Shown here: positions 40,105 to 52,100 of the stretch, piece after piece | Layout of the letters: every line of letters starts with the position of its first letter | Position numbering within the stretch: the stretch's first letter is position 1 | Assembly: GCF_036321535.1 (NCBI RefSeq) | Contig: NC_087447.1 | Span: 372,001-436,000 of the forward strand | Source: Camelus dromedarius | Taxonomy: Eukaryota | Reading direction: 5' to 3' | Length of the DNA: 64,000 bases | The notes under the pieces: generated by a model | Seen by the model: the letters and a program-made list of their open reading frames with translations, nothing else | What the model was told of the DNA's origin: nothing | The model's database searches: none | Program-made: the position numbers and the translations under genes

Positions 40105-40198
40105 ATGGATGACGACAGCCTGGACGAACTTGTTGGCCGAAGCCGAGGGCCAGATGGACACCGGAGACTCAGTCCTGCTGGCCCGGCCAGTGATGCTG
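40105..40198 (+). CDS. PHRF1: PHRF1 coding exon 1 (acceptor 40082)
   Basis: [31 protein letters not shown]|GTGAGC. Confidence 0.93.
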
Positions 40199-43100
40199 GT
40201 GAGCCCCTCCGCCTCTTGCACCCAGAGCTGGGGGAGAGCAGGGTCACCTCACGTCTTCTCCAGGTTGGCTCTCAGAGAAGCCCAGTTCCTTTTGGGGGGT
40301 TATCTACACGTGTTGATTTTCAGCTTTCAATCTGTGAAAGATTACTTATCCTTTGCTTTTAAAGTGCGGAAGTGGTGCTTTTTTTTTTTGTCTTTACGTT
40401 GAATGCAATCACTGCAAATGTAAATTGAGCCAAAGGCTGCTGCTTTTCCCTGTGACCACATACGTTTGCTGGGAACCCTGTTGGTAGGTGCCCTCTGAAC
40501 TGCCCCTGGGCCGTGTTTTTCTCTGCTGATCTAGAAGGAAGCAGTGAGGACCGCAGTGGAAGCTCCGAGGACGACACGGGCAGTGAGCACAGTGATGAAG
40601 ACGAGGAGGGGGACCTGGAGGACGGATCTGGTGAGAACGCTGCCCTGGGTCTCTTCACTGTGGCAGGGTTGCTGTTTACCTGGCGTCCTCGGGAAGTGGT
40701 TGTCTTAAACCACACTGGCCAGCTGAGGGCTCTGAAAGGCTGGGTCTTGCCTGCTGGTCCCCTGCAGCAGGCCTTCTCTTCAACTGGAAGGTGGCTCGCT
40801 GGGTGGTAGTCCTTACTCTGGAGTTCAGCTGATGACACAGTGGGAGGCCTCCTTTCTGGTGGCGGCAGGAGGGTAAACGCCTAAGAATATGGAGCAGCAA
40901 GAAGGGGCGTCCAGGGAGAGCACAGCCAGACTGGCCTGGCAGGACAGGACCGGGTTAGCATGAGCTGAGGTTTGTGAGGCCCGAGGACCACTTGCCCGGG
41001 ACTCTCGCTTGTGTTGCTGTGTGCTGAGTTTCTGACTTCAGATGTTATCTGTTCAGGCCTTGTGGTGAAAGGTGAGAGCTTAGGGCCTGACCTGCAGCCC
41101 CATCCCAGCTCCCCAGGCGGCATGAGCTAGGACCTGTGGCCTGCTTGGCGTGCGGCCCTCCATGCTCAGCCTTGTCCTCTGGGTGCCAGGCCCCAGCTCG
41201 CGCCCATCTCTTTCCAGCGTGCGCACCCTTGTCTGGTCGGGACCTGTCTCCAGCAGCCTCGAGACAAGTGAGGGGTGGGTGGCTCTGGGTCTTGTGCACC
41301 TGCCTGTGTCTTTATCCGCCTCGCCTTTGTGGTCACTGCTCCTTGGAGACATCAGAGACATCCTCTGTGAGCCAGGACCCTGCAGATGGCCAGCTTCCTG
41401 CCTTCCCTTCAGTTCCTGAGCCTTCTGGAACTCCAGAGGAAGAACCAGGCCACCTGGCCGCAACCTGCTGTGGCCTTTAGCCAGGCAGGAAGTTGAACAG
41501 GGTCAGCTCTCGTCACTTTGCCATGCTCCACAACTCTGTGACACGAGTTTTGTTCTCTTCCTTGCTGGGAAGTGGGCTGTCACAGACACAGTGGCCGAGG
41601 GCAGCACGCATGTTCTCAGTTTTGTGGGTCAGCCCTGTAGGCACCTGGTCGTCCGCTGGGGTCTTGCCTCATGGACATCGAGGGTCATGGGGCCACAGTC
41701 CCATCAGAGGCCCAGGCTTCTCCCCCAGGGTCTCTGCTTGTTGGCTGAGTTCAGATCCTCGTGAGTGTGGGGCTGAATCCTGTTTTCAGGCTGGCTGTTG
41801 GGTGGAAGGCCCTCCTCACTCGGAGCCTGGAGGCCACCCCCTCTGGGGACCGTTCACATCAGCTGTTTTCTCTCTTGCATGCCAGCAGGGGCTCATCTGT
41901 CTGGCTTCTTTCTCTGCAACCAGCCAGAGAAAAAACTGCTTTTAAAGAGCTCAGCTGATAATGTTGAGCTGACTGGGATAATTTTCCTCTGCTGTATGCT
42001 TCAGGGTCATAAGGTCCTTGCCCACTCTCAAACGGATCAGGTGGGACTGAGTCTTGGGGGCATGTGAGAGCCCTGCCTGCCACACTGGAGTCTGCTCTCT
42101 GCATCCGTGTGAGCGCGTATCTTTACTTTAGTAGGGTTGTGGTGGGGAGAAAACTAATGGAGAAAAAATGTCTCCTTACTTTCCTGCTGGTCAAGCCCCA
42201 GTCTCAAAGCCTTTCAGAAATTGGTGAGACCTGTTGTGGCCAGATTGCCTAGTCAGCGGTCTTTGCTGTCTGCATCCCAGCAGGAAGGGAAAAGAAAAAC
42301 CTAAGTTGGGGGGTTCTTCCTGAAGGCGTCCAGCTCTCTGACACTGTGCCCGCAGAAGGGTGCTGAGAGTGCGTGCTGGGAGAGGCTTCAGCAGTTCAGC
42401 CTCCTATCTGGTGGCGGCTGGCGTCACCCCTCAGGCTCTGCTGCTTGGGGAGGGGAGGGGTTGCTGGTGTGGCTGCTCAGCCTGGGTTGCGTCCTCTTAG
42501 CTGGAAGCAGTTCAGGTGAGATGCCCGCTGAGGTCTGTCCCTCAGGGTGGACTTGGAACCCCACATTCCTGGGTGCGGCTGCAGCTTCCAGCGCTCCATC
42601 CACCAGTCGTAATCTCCTCTCTCAAGGCTCGGAAGGCTCCGAAGAAGACGGTGATGACGTGGACACGTTCACGACCGTCACGGACACTCAGGGGAAGCTG
42701 GAAGCCGACTGTGCGTTTAATTCTGATGATGATTCCGAGAGCTGCCCGATTTGCCTCAACACTTTCAGGGACCAGGCTGTGGGGACACCTGAGAACTGCA
42801 CCCATTACTTCTGCCTCGACTGCATCTTGGAGTGGTCCAAGGTGAGCAGGCGGCTTCTCTCCAGGGTCTTCCTCCCTCTGGGATGGCTTCTGTGGCCCAG
42901 CCTGTGGGCACCTCTTGCTGGACTCCTCAGCAGCAGCAGTTGGAGCCAGGGGGTGGGGTCCCGGCTCAGTCTTTGCTCCGTTTCACTCTCTGGCTCTCAG
43001 GCTTGTTGGTGAAGCTGGCTGAGGGGCCGTGTGCTCGTGGAGCAGGGTGAGGAGGTGCTCCCTTGGGGACCTGGCTGCAGAAGTCCTGAGTGACCTAGGG

Positions 43101-46100
43101 TCAGCCTGCCCTGGCAGAGTTGGCCCTGGTGCTCATGTGCCGAGGTGTCATCCGTTGACACGGGGACCTGAGTCCTGCAACCAATAAAACGTGAGGGGGA
43201 CTCCCCAGCCAGCCGCCAGCACAGCTGTGTCCACCAGCCGCTGGCCTCTCTCTCCACGCATTTCTCTGCCCCCTTGCTTCTCGGTCCTGGTCTGTGGTGG
43301 TGGAGCCACAGCCTTGGTTAGTTCAGGCTTAGACGTCTTGGGTTTTTGTTTTTGGTTTTGTTTTTTTGTTTGTTTGTTTTTTTGGCAAGTAAAGTGTTCC
43401 TTTAAATTGAGCAATAAGACAGGGTGTTTGCTGTTAATCTTCTAGTCAACATTGTATCGGAATAATCGGAGAAGATAAAGGCTTAAACATTTGATTGGAA
43501 AAGGCGTTATTTGCACGTAATAATTTTATCAGCGTAGGTGTTTTCTGAATGAACTGTTGGAATGGTAAGTTTAGCGAGATTGCTGGATGCGAGTTTAACA
43601 AACATTAAAAATTACAGTGCACTTAGAAATAAGACATAAAAAGATATACAAGACATTTAAAGAGCTTTTCTTAAATGCCTGAGACTGAATGAAGAAACAC
43701 CACTTTCTGGAGGGAGTCTTATTCCAGAGATAGCAGTGGCCAGGCAAGTCTAGCAAAACCCTCACTGGGATGTTCGGGGCACTTGGTGGCTTGTGAGGTT
43801 CACACCAAGCTAATTGGGAACAAGGGAACAAGGGAACAAGGGAGAGGCCCCTTACTGGATGGTCTAAGTTTCATACGATAGTGAATGCGCTGGAGTCGGT
43901 CTCAGAATGGGAGCTAGACCCTAGGCATGTGGCGGAGAGCCTGATGGGGATGGGCGTGCACAGCGGACGGCGGGGACGGGCTGCTCTCTGAGTGTGTGAG
44001 CCAGGTCAGGGGGCTCGGCCCACGCCCCACACAGTCCCCGTGGACTCAAGGTGGGACGTCAGCTGCACTCTTGAGACCTTCAGAAGGAAAGGCAGGTGGC
44101 CCTGTCGGAGGATGGGCAGCAGCTGTCACGGTGCATGCACCAAGAAAAGACTTGAGCCCGACCCTGCCTCCTTGGCACCACCACGAGTGGCCCTGCCTGG
44201 CCCCTGGGAGGCTCAGAAGAAAGGCGAGTGCCTGTGCGTGGGGGTGGGAGCCCCGACTTCTCCAAGGGTGGGGATGTGCTATGTCCAGCCCTGAGGCTGT
44301 TGTGCTGTTCCCCTGTGAGCTGGCGGAGTGAGCCTGGAGGACAGGCCCGCGTGCACACAGCATTCCTTGTGCCTCCCAGACCAGAATGTGTGCCCAGTTG
44401 CCCCGGGACCTGCCTGGCTGCCAGGAGCAGGTGCAGCCCAGCCCTGCCTAGGCCTTCAGTAAATACTGATTTGTAGTGTGAAAGGAATTTTTGACTTTTA
44501 AGTGAATTCTTTGTTTTGAGACAATATTAATAATGGAAATGATTCTATAAGATTTTCATATGATTTTTATTTCTTACAGAATGCCAACTCCTGTCCAGTT
44601 GATCGAACTACATTTAAAAGTATTTGTATTCGAGCTCAGTTTGGCGGTAAAATTTTGAAGAAGGTGAGTGTAGGTGCTGCAGTGGCACCCCGCACCCCCC
44701 ACCCCTACCCCCGAGTACCACCCTGGCCCCATCTCGTGAGAAAACATGCTTGCAGACAGCGATTGGCTTTCCTGAAGCGAGTGAGCACTGGCTTTTCAGA
44801 AACCCATTGAGATGCCGTTTGCAGCTTCCTCTCCACTCCTGCTCGCCTTGCTGCGCTCGGAGCTGCTTCCCTCTTGAGCCGCAGCAGGAGGTGGTGTCAG
44901 GGTGGGGCTGGGCCTGGGAGAGGAGACCAGCTCCCCAGGGCCAGATTTCTGAGGGCTCGCGGCAGAAGTAGGAAGGCGGGGGAGGAGAAGGAAGGGGCCT
45001 GGTTCTTAATGAGAGAAGAGGCCTGCATACATCTGCTCTCGGTGAGAAGTGTGCTGGACACTCTTAGAAGTTGCACCTCACATCTCGCTGCGTCTTGTAG
45101 CCATAGCGGCTTGGGGCCCTGGCTCCTGGTGTGCAGACCTCTCCTGAAACTGGTGTCCTCCTAGCCATGCTCCAGGTCTATGCTGGTGACAGCAGCTTTG
45201 GTCTTGCTGACTTGGGCCTCCGGCCGCCTGTCCCGGCTGCTCTGCTCTCCTGCCCGGAGGCCTCTGTGGTGTGCGGCCGCGTCCAGTAGGCAGGCCGTGT
45301 CTACTCAGGCACCTGCTGGTGAAGCATGTGACCCTGAACGCTTCTCCTCCACCAAGAGGCCACTCACACACAAGCTCCTCCAGCTGGAGAACTGCGTGGT
45401 TCCAAGTCCAGCAGAGTCCAGGAGGCCAAGGAGGTCCCGAGTGTCCGCCTGGCGATAGGACAGAGGCAGAGTGTCACCTGCCATGAGCTTAGCGGAGGAA
45501 GTGTGGAGTGGAGGCCGTGGGCCTCAAGTGGGCTTGGGGGTGGCCCAGGCTCGGGGGGGCACATGCTGGCGAGCGTAATGGAGCTGGTTCAGGTCCCCAA
45601 CACCCCTGTGAGGTGGGCTCTGTGCTTGGCGTGACGGTCACAGCTGTAGCACCTTCAGCGTCGTTCTTAAGGAGCCGCGTGTTTGTGTCTCGGCCAGGTT
45701 ATGTGACAGTTGCTGTCTTAACGCTGCTCCCTGTCCCCCGCCCGCCTTGTCTGTCTGGCGCTGCCAGTGCTCGGTGTCAACGCTGGGACCCTTCTGTGGG
45801 TCGTGCTTTGTTTTCTGTTGGATCCCTTTTTTTCTCAGGGCTGAGCTCCAGCGACAGTTAGAAAACGCAGTGATCACTGTGTGTGTGTCGGTCCACACCT
45901 CTGGGCCCAGAGCCCGTGCGGCTCTTGGCCTGCTCTGGGTCAGCTGCAAGTGGTGATCTGAGCGACTTTGGGATTCGGGTCCCATGGCCCTGTGGTCAGC
46001 AGTGCTGTTCCGGTTCAGATTCCAGTGGAGAATGCCGGAGCTGGGGAGGACGAGGAGGAAGACCCGACCTTCTGTGAGGTGTGCGGACGGAGTGACCGGG

Positions 46101-49100
46101 AGGACCGCCTGCTCCTGTGTGACGGCTGTGACGCCGGGTAAGCCTGCGGCCCATGTCCCGTCAGCTCGCGAGTTCCTGAGCCAGCCTCCAAGGCCCCGTC
46201 CTTAAAGCAGCCTGCTCCAGGGTGTCCTGGGGCTGCACCACTGTGCTCAGTGACACGAAGTCCCCCAGAGGGGACAGCGGGGCCCTGGCACCCAGTGGTG
46301 TGCCCTTCAGCCCTCCGCACAGTGGCCGCAGTATGCTGCTTTGATTACTGCCACCTGTGCCCTCCCCGTCCCCGGATAATACCCTGAGATCATCTACAGA
46401 GATGCAACTAATACCTCAAGTGAGAAAGAAAAGGGGGCACATGAGAAGGGGCGGTGTGGGCGGGACCATGGGGGAACCACCCTTTCTTCGAGGCCAGGGC
46501 TCCAGGTGAAGCTTCCAGCCAGTGACACCCATGCACCCTGGGCCCTGGCGGCAGGGAGACTTTCACTCTCATCTCTCGACACTGGTCGGTCCCTGCTTCT
46601 AGTCAGACCCTCTCCTTGCCCTGGAGGTGGGGCACCTGTGGAGTGCTTGCATGTCCCAGTGTGGATGGTCAGCCCCACCAGGGCCCCCCAACCTCCCCTC
46701 TCCCCCTCCACCTCTCTCAACCTCCCCACACCTCTCGGCACCTCCCCACAACCCTGCACTGCCTTGCAGCCGCACACTCAGTCTCTGGCTCACACTCGTC
46801 TTCCTGTGGCAGCAGGCCAGCCTCCCCAGCATCTTGGCAGCATCTCCCACCTTCCTCCCCAGCTCCACCCCTGGGCTCACACATCGGAGATGAGGGTCTT
46901 CCTCGTTCCTCCGGAGTCTCAGATGGTACCCACCCTTTATGACAATTTCCTGAATGCTCGACCTCGGTGATCTTGCCTCTTGCGACTCCCAGAAGGTGGC
47001 CGTGTCTGAGTGGTGGTCCACAGCACGTTGTCACCCTGGGTCTGGACGGCAGAAATGGTGCCTTGGGTGTCCCGCAGGCTGTGCAGGCGCTGCACTGCTG
47101 TGGCATCACACTCCGTGCCCGGGTGGGGACACAGGGCTCCTGTATGGCTGCACCCCAAGCTCTGCTCCCACACAAATGCACCTTTTCTCCTGGAGCTGCG
47201 ACAGCTCGGGGCCTGTGAAGGAAGGGCTGGGAATAGCTGGACGCTGCCCAAGAGGCCACACATGGTGGGAAAGTGAGACCAGGCCCTGGCTGCCGCACCC
47301 TTCACCTGGCTGGCCCCCGCCACCGGCCTGCCTGCTCTGCCCGGCTTACCCATGCTGGACAACGAGCCCAGTGCCTGGTGGCCACGTGGACGAGGCTGAT
47401 GGAACTTCCGCTCACAAAGCGCTGCTCTCCCCAAGCTTCTGAATGGAGCCCGCGGTTGTTCTTTTTATTTTTTAAGTAGGTTTTATTTTTTAGAGCAATT
47501 TTAGGTTCATAACAAAATTGAGTGGAACAGAACGTGGTTTTTTTTTTAGTTGAGGTCCAGTTGGTTTACAATTCTGCTTTCAGATGTGCAACACAGGGAT
47601 TCAAACTTCTTGTGGGTCGTACGCCACTGAACGTTACAGACTGTCAGCTCCATTTCCCTCTGCTGCACAGCACACCTGTGTGTCTTTGTTTATAGAGTGC
47701 TTTGTACCTCTTCATCCCTCACCCTGGCCCCTCCCCCGCCGAGCTGGTAACCACTGGTTTCTTTTCTGTCAGTGAGTCTGTGGGTGTTTTTTTATACCTT
47801 CCGTTTGTTTTATTTTTTTAGATTCTGCATGTAAGTGATAACATAAAGTATTTGTTTTTCTTTTCTGACATTTCATTTAGCATAATACCTTCCAGGCCCA
47901 TCCATGTTTTTGGAAATGGCAGAATTTCATTCTTTTTTTATGGCTGAGTAGTAGTCCTCTGTGTGTATGTGTGTGTTTGTGTAAAATCACATCTTTATCC
48001 ACTTGATCAACTTGTCTGTTGATGGGCACTTTGTGTTGCTTCCGTATCTTGGTAATTGTAAGTAATGCTGCCGTGAACATTTGAGGTGCACGTACCTTTT
48101 CAAATTAGTGTTTCATTTTCTTTGGTTAAATACCCAGAAGTGGACTTGCTGGATTATGTGGCAGCTCTGTTCTTAATTTTTTGAGGATTCCCCCTGCCAT
48201 TTTCCACAGCGGCCGCACCAGCTTACATTCCCAGTGCCGGATCCCCTCCCTCGCTTGTTGTCTGTTTTATATACATTAACCCCAAACTCCTAACTTATCC
48301 CTCCACCCCTTTCTCCTTTGGTAACCGTAAGTTTGTTTTCTATGTCTGAGAGACTATTTCTGTTTTGTAAATGAGTTCATTTGTACCTTTTTTTTTTTTT
48401 TTAAGATTCCATATATAAGTAATATGTGATATTATTAGTCTTTCAGTGTCTGACTTACTTCACTTAGTATGATAACCTCTGGGCCCCCTCCATGTTGCTG
48501 CAAATGGCATTATTTTATTGTTTTTTGTGGCTGAGTAGTATTCTACTATATAAATATACCACATCTTTTTTATCCCAGTCATCAGTCGTGGACATTTAGG
48601 TTGCCTCCATGTATTGGCTATTGTAAATAGTTCTGCTATGAACATTGGGGTGCATGTGTCTTTTCAAATTAGAGTTTCCTCCAGGTATATACCTAGGAGT
48701 GGGATTGCTGGATCCTATGGTAAGTCTATTTCTAGTCTTTTGAGGAATCTCCATACTGTTCTCCATAATGGCTACACCAAACTGCACTCCCACCAACCTC
48801 GTAGGAGGATTCCCTTTTCTCCACAGGCTCTCCAGCATTTGTCATTTGTGGACNNNNNNNNNNNNNNNNNNNNNNNNNNNNNNNNNNNNNNNNNNNNNNN
48901 NNNNNNNNNNNNNNNNNNNNNNNNNNNNNNNNNNNNNNNNNNNNNNNNNNNNNNNNNNNNNNNNNNNNNNNNNNNNNNNNNNNNNNNNNNNNNNNNNNGG
49001 TCTTCTGCCCATTTTTTGATTGAGTTTTTGTGTTTCGTTTTGTTTTGTTTTTTTTGAGTTGTATGAGTTGTTTGTGCATTGTGGAAATTAAGCCCTTGTC

Positions 49101-52100
49101 AGTCTCATCGTTTGCAAATATTTTCTTCCAGTCTGTAGGTTGTCCTTTTGTTTTATTCATGGTTTCCCTTTGTTGTGCAAAAGCTTTTAAGTTTAATTAG
49201 GTCCCATTTGTTCATTTTTGATTTTATTTTCCTTACTTTAAAAGACGGATCCAAAAAGATAACTGCTGCGATTTATGTCAGTGTTTTGCCCATGTTTCCC
49301 TCTAGGAGTTTTATAGTACCCAGTCTTACGTTTAGGTCTGTAACCCATTCTGAGTTTATTTTTCTACATGGTGTTAGAGAGTGTTCTAGTTTCATCCTTT
49401 TACATGAAGCTGCCCGGTTTTCCCAGCATCGCTTGTTGAAGAGACTGTCTTTTCTCCATTGTGCATTCCTGCTGCCTGTCATAGATTGACCACAAGTGCG
49501 CGGGTCTTTTTCTGGGCTCTATTCTGTTCCATTGACCCATTTGTCTGTTTTTGTGCTGGTACCGTGCTGGGGCGGGTGTTTGTTTTGGGGGGTTTTGGGG
49601 GTCTTTTGGGCTTTTACCATGGCAGAAGGCGTTTTTGAGTTCCAGATTTTCTAAACACTTTTAAGAGGCTATTGAAAATGACACACAACAACTGTATCTC
49701 AGAAATCAAGGTTCGTAAGCAGGAGCACTGAGGGCCCTCCAGTGGCAGTCAGGGAGCCCCATGCCCCTCGCAGTTACAGGTGTGTGATGTAACACGAGTT
49801 TCACGGGAGGGCGGCAGGCTGTAGTCGTTAGTTTGGGGATCTGCCTGTGCCGTGTAGGCATCAGCTCGGCACCCAGGTGCCCTTTCGTTTTCCACATGTG
49901 CGCACCCAGTTGGTTGTCCAGCTGCTGCTTGGTCAGTACGGGGCAAGCTAGGGCACCTCTCCCTCGGCCTCCAAAGCCCCTTCCTGCCCCACCTCGTACC
50001 CCAGCCTCAGCAACACCCCACCCACGTAGTCCTCCTCTGGGCAGGCCCCTCTGGATTACAGGCAGGCCTCATCCTCCGATGGCGCCCCAGGCCAGGGCCC
50101 CGGTGGGTCGGCCTAACCGTATCTGGATGTTACGGTGTCGACGGAGTTGACAGTGGAGGTGCTTGGGTTAACTTGGTGAGCGGTTAGATGTGTAAAGCAG
50201 TAGAGTGCTGGGTTGGTTTGCTGCAGTTGGCTGGCTGTCCGGTCAGCTGCCTGCTTGCCCGGCCTGCCTTTTCCTGTCTTTCTCCACAGCTGCTGCCACC
50301 AGCTCCCACTCGGTGTCCAGAACAAAGAATCAGTACCATGCTGTTTTGATGACTGTAGCTTTGTGGTGTAATCTGAAGTCAGGGAGCGTGATTTGCCAAC
50401 TCCATTCTTTTTCAAGACTGGTTGGTCTGAGCCTACAGTTCTTGATTACATTAATCCTTTGCATCAAGATCCATTTAAATTCTAGTAACTTATAACAGTG
50501 ACCCTTGGGGGGTTTTACAACTTCGTTAAAATTCCTTTACTGTAAAGTACATTTATAAATTTAATATGATGTCTTTTCTTTTTGTGTGCTTGAATTCAGT
50601 GGAGAAAAGAACTCAAGTACACAAACTCCTGCTGGATCTGGAGCGTTAAAACTTGATAAATGCAGTGATCCATATGCTTTTAGACATCCTCACTGGTACA
50701 TTCGCAGTTAGCTGAATTTTCATATAGTTGTCTTTCAGTTAAGATCACAAGTCTAAGATCACTCACATAAATGAGTGAATTTCAAAGCTCTCTTGTGGTG
50801 CCTGAATACGCTAGATTGTTTGACCGTCACACGAAACACAGAGTATTTGTGATTTACGTAAAGGTAGTTATTCCCGAGCGAGGCACCTGGGACCTCCCTT
50901 GCCACCCAGCTGTGCCATCCCTGTTGGAAGTGGTCATCTCGGTGCTTATGTAAGCATGGGGTCCGCCCTGGTGGCGGTCGTGCGGCTCTCCCTTGTCCCA
51001 TGGCCTCAACCACAGCCAGCCTTCTCTCTGGAGTGACTTGTGGCTGCAGTGGCTAGGCAGTCACCTGTCACACCTGCAGGCCTCTGCTCAAGGCCCTGAA
51101 ACTTGGTGGCAAGAACAGGGCGGAACCATACTGGATCCTTGGAATGCTCTGTAAGAATCTACCACTCAGTTCTTGATTTCCTTCCCGAGACCATGTGGGG
51201 CGGGGGAACCTTCTCAGGCTGGAATCTACTGGGGCTTCGGGGCCCCACAGTACTCTGTGTCCCAGGGAGGGTGGCCTCCCCACCCGTCCCCCTGGTCTCA
51301 TGTGAGTTCCCAGCGTCAGGTTGTGGTGGGCTTCTTGCTGTCAGCCGGTGGCTTCCTGGACCCTCACATGCTTCATTGCTGTGAGTGGCACACAGTTTTG
51401 AAGTGGAGTTGGACCTGGGCTCGGGTGTGCGGCGCGGGTCAACATTGGTTCCACCTGGCTCGGCACTGTCTGGGGCCTCAGGGTGAGGTTTGGAGAATTC
51501 TGGCTCAGGCAGCCCAGCCCAGCATGCCTTCCCAAACTGCTACCCTTGAAGACAAGTTAGAAGCAGCTGAAGGGCAGGCGTGGTGAGGCAGCCTTTCCAT
51601 GCTTGCAGCCAACAAAATGCCCTCCGGCAGCTCCTCAGGCTGGACTGTGGGGCACCAACGCCTGAAACTTGGCAGGGGGCTGGACGGACCAGCTGACGAC
51701 CTTCGGCCTCGGAGGCCAGCCTCCCCGGGATGTCGGCCCTACCCCTGCGCCCGTCTTCTGCAGACCCCACGCCCAACGAGCCGCTCGGGTCCAGCTGTCC
51801 TTCCTCAGCTCCGTCCCTCCAGATAGTATGTCTCCCATGGAGGGGTTGGGGGCCGTTAGGGCCCCTTTGGAGGGCGGAGAGGCCCAGAGGTCTGCAGTGG
51901 GCCTGTCCTCCCAGAACGCTGGCGGGTAGGGCTGCGGGCAGGTTAGAAGAGCAGTGTCTCGAGCTCCAAGTGCCTGGACTTAGCTGGCTGGCTCCCCTGT
52001 GTCCTCTCGAGTCAGCCCAGGCAGGCCCTTCCCAGCTGCAGATGTGGTGCCTTCTCCTTGTGCCTCCCTCTTCCAAGGACGTGGATCAGGGATCCCTGCC

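Noticed and set aside
48460-49489. Protein-coding ORFs with L1 ORF2 similarity
   Set aside because: Fragmented, 5'-truncated retrotransposon spanning an N gap; not a gene or an active element.
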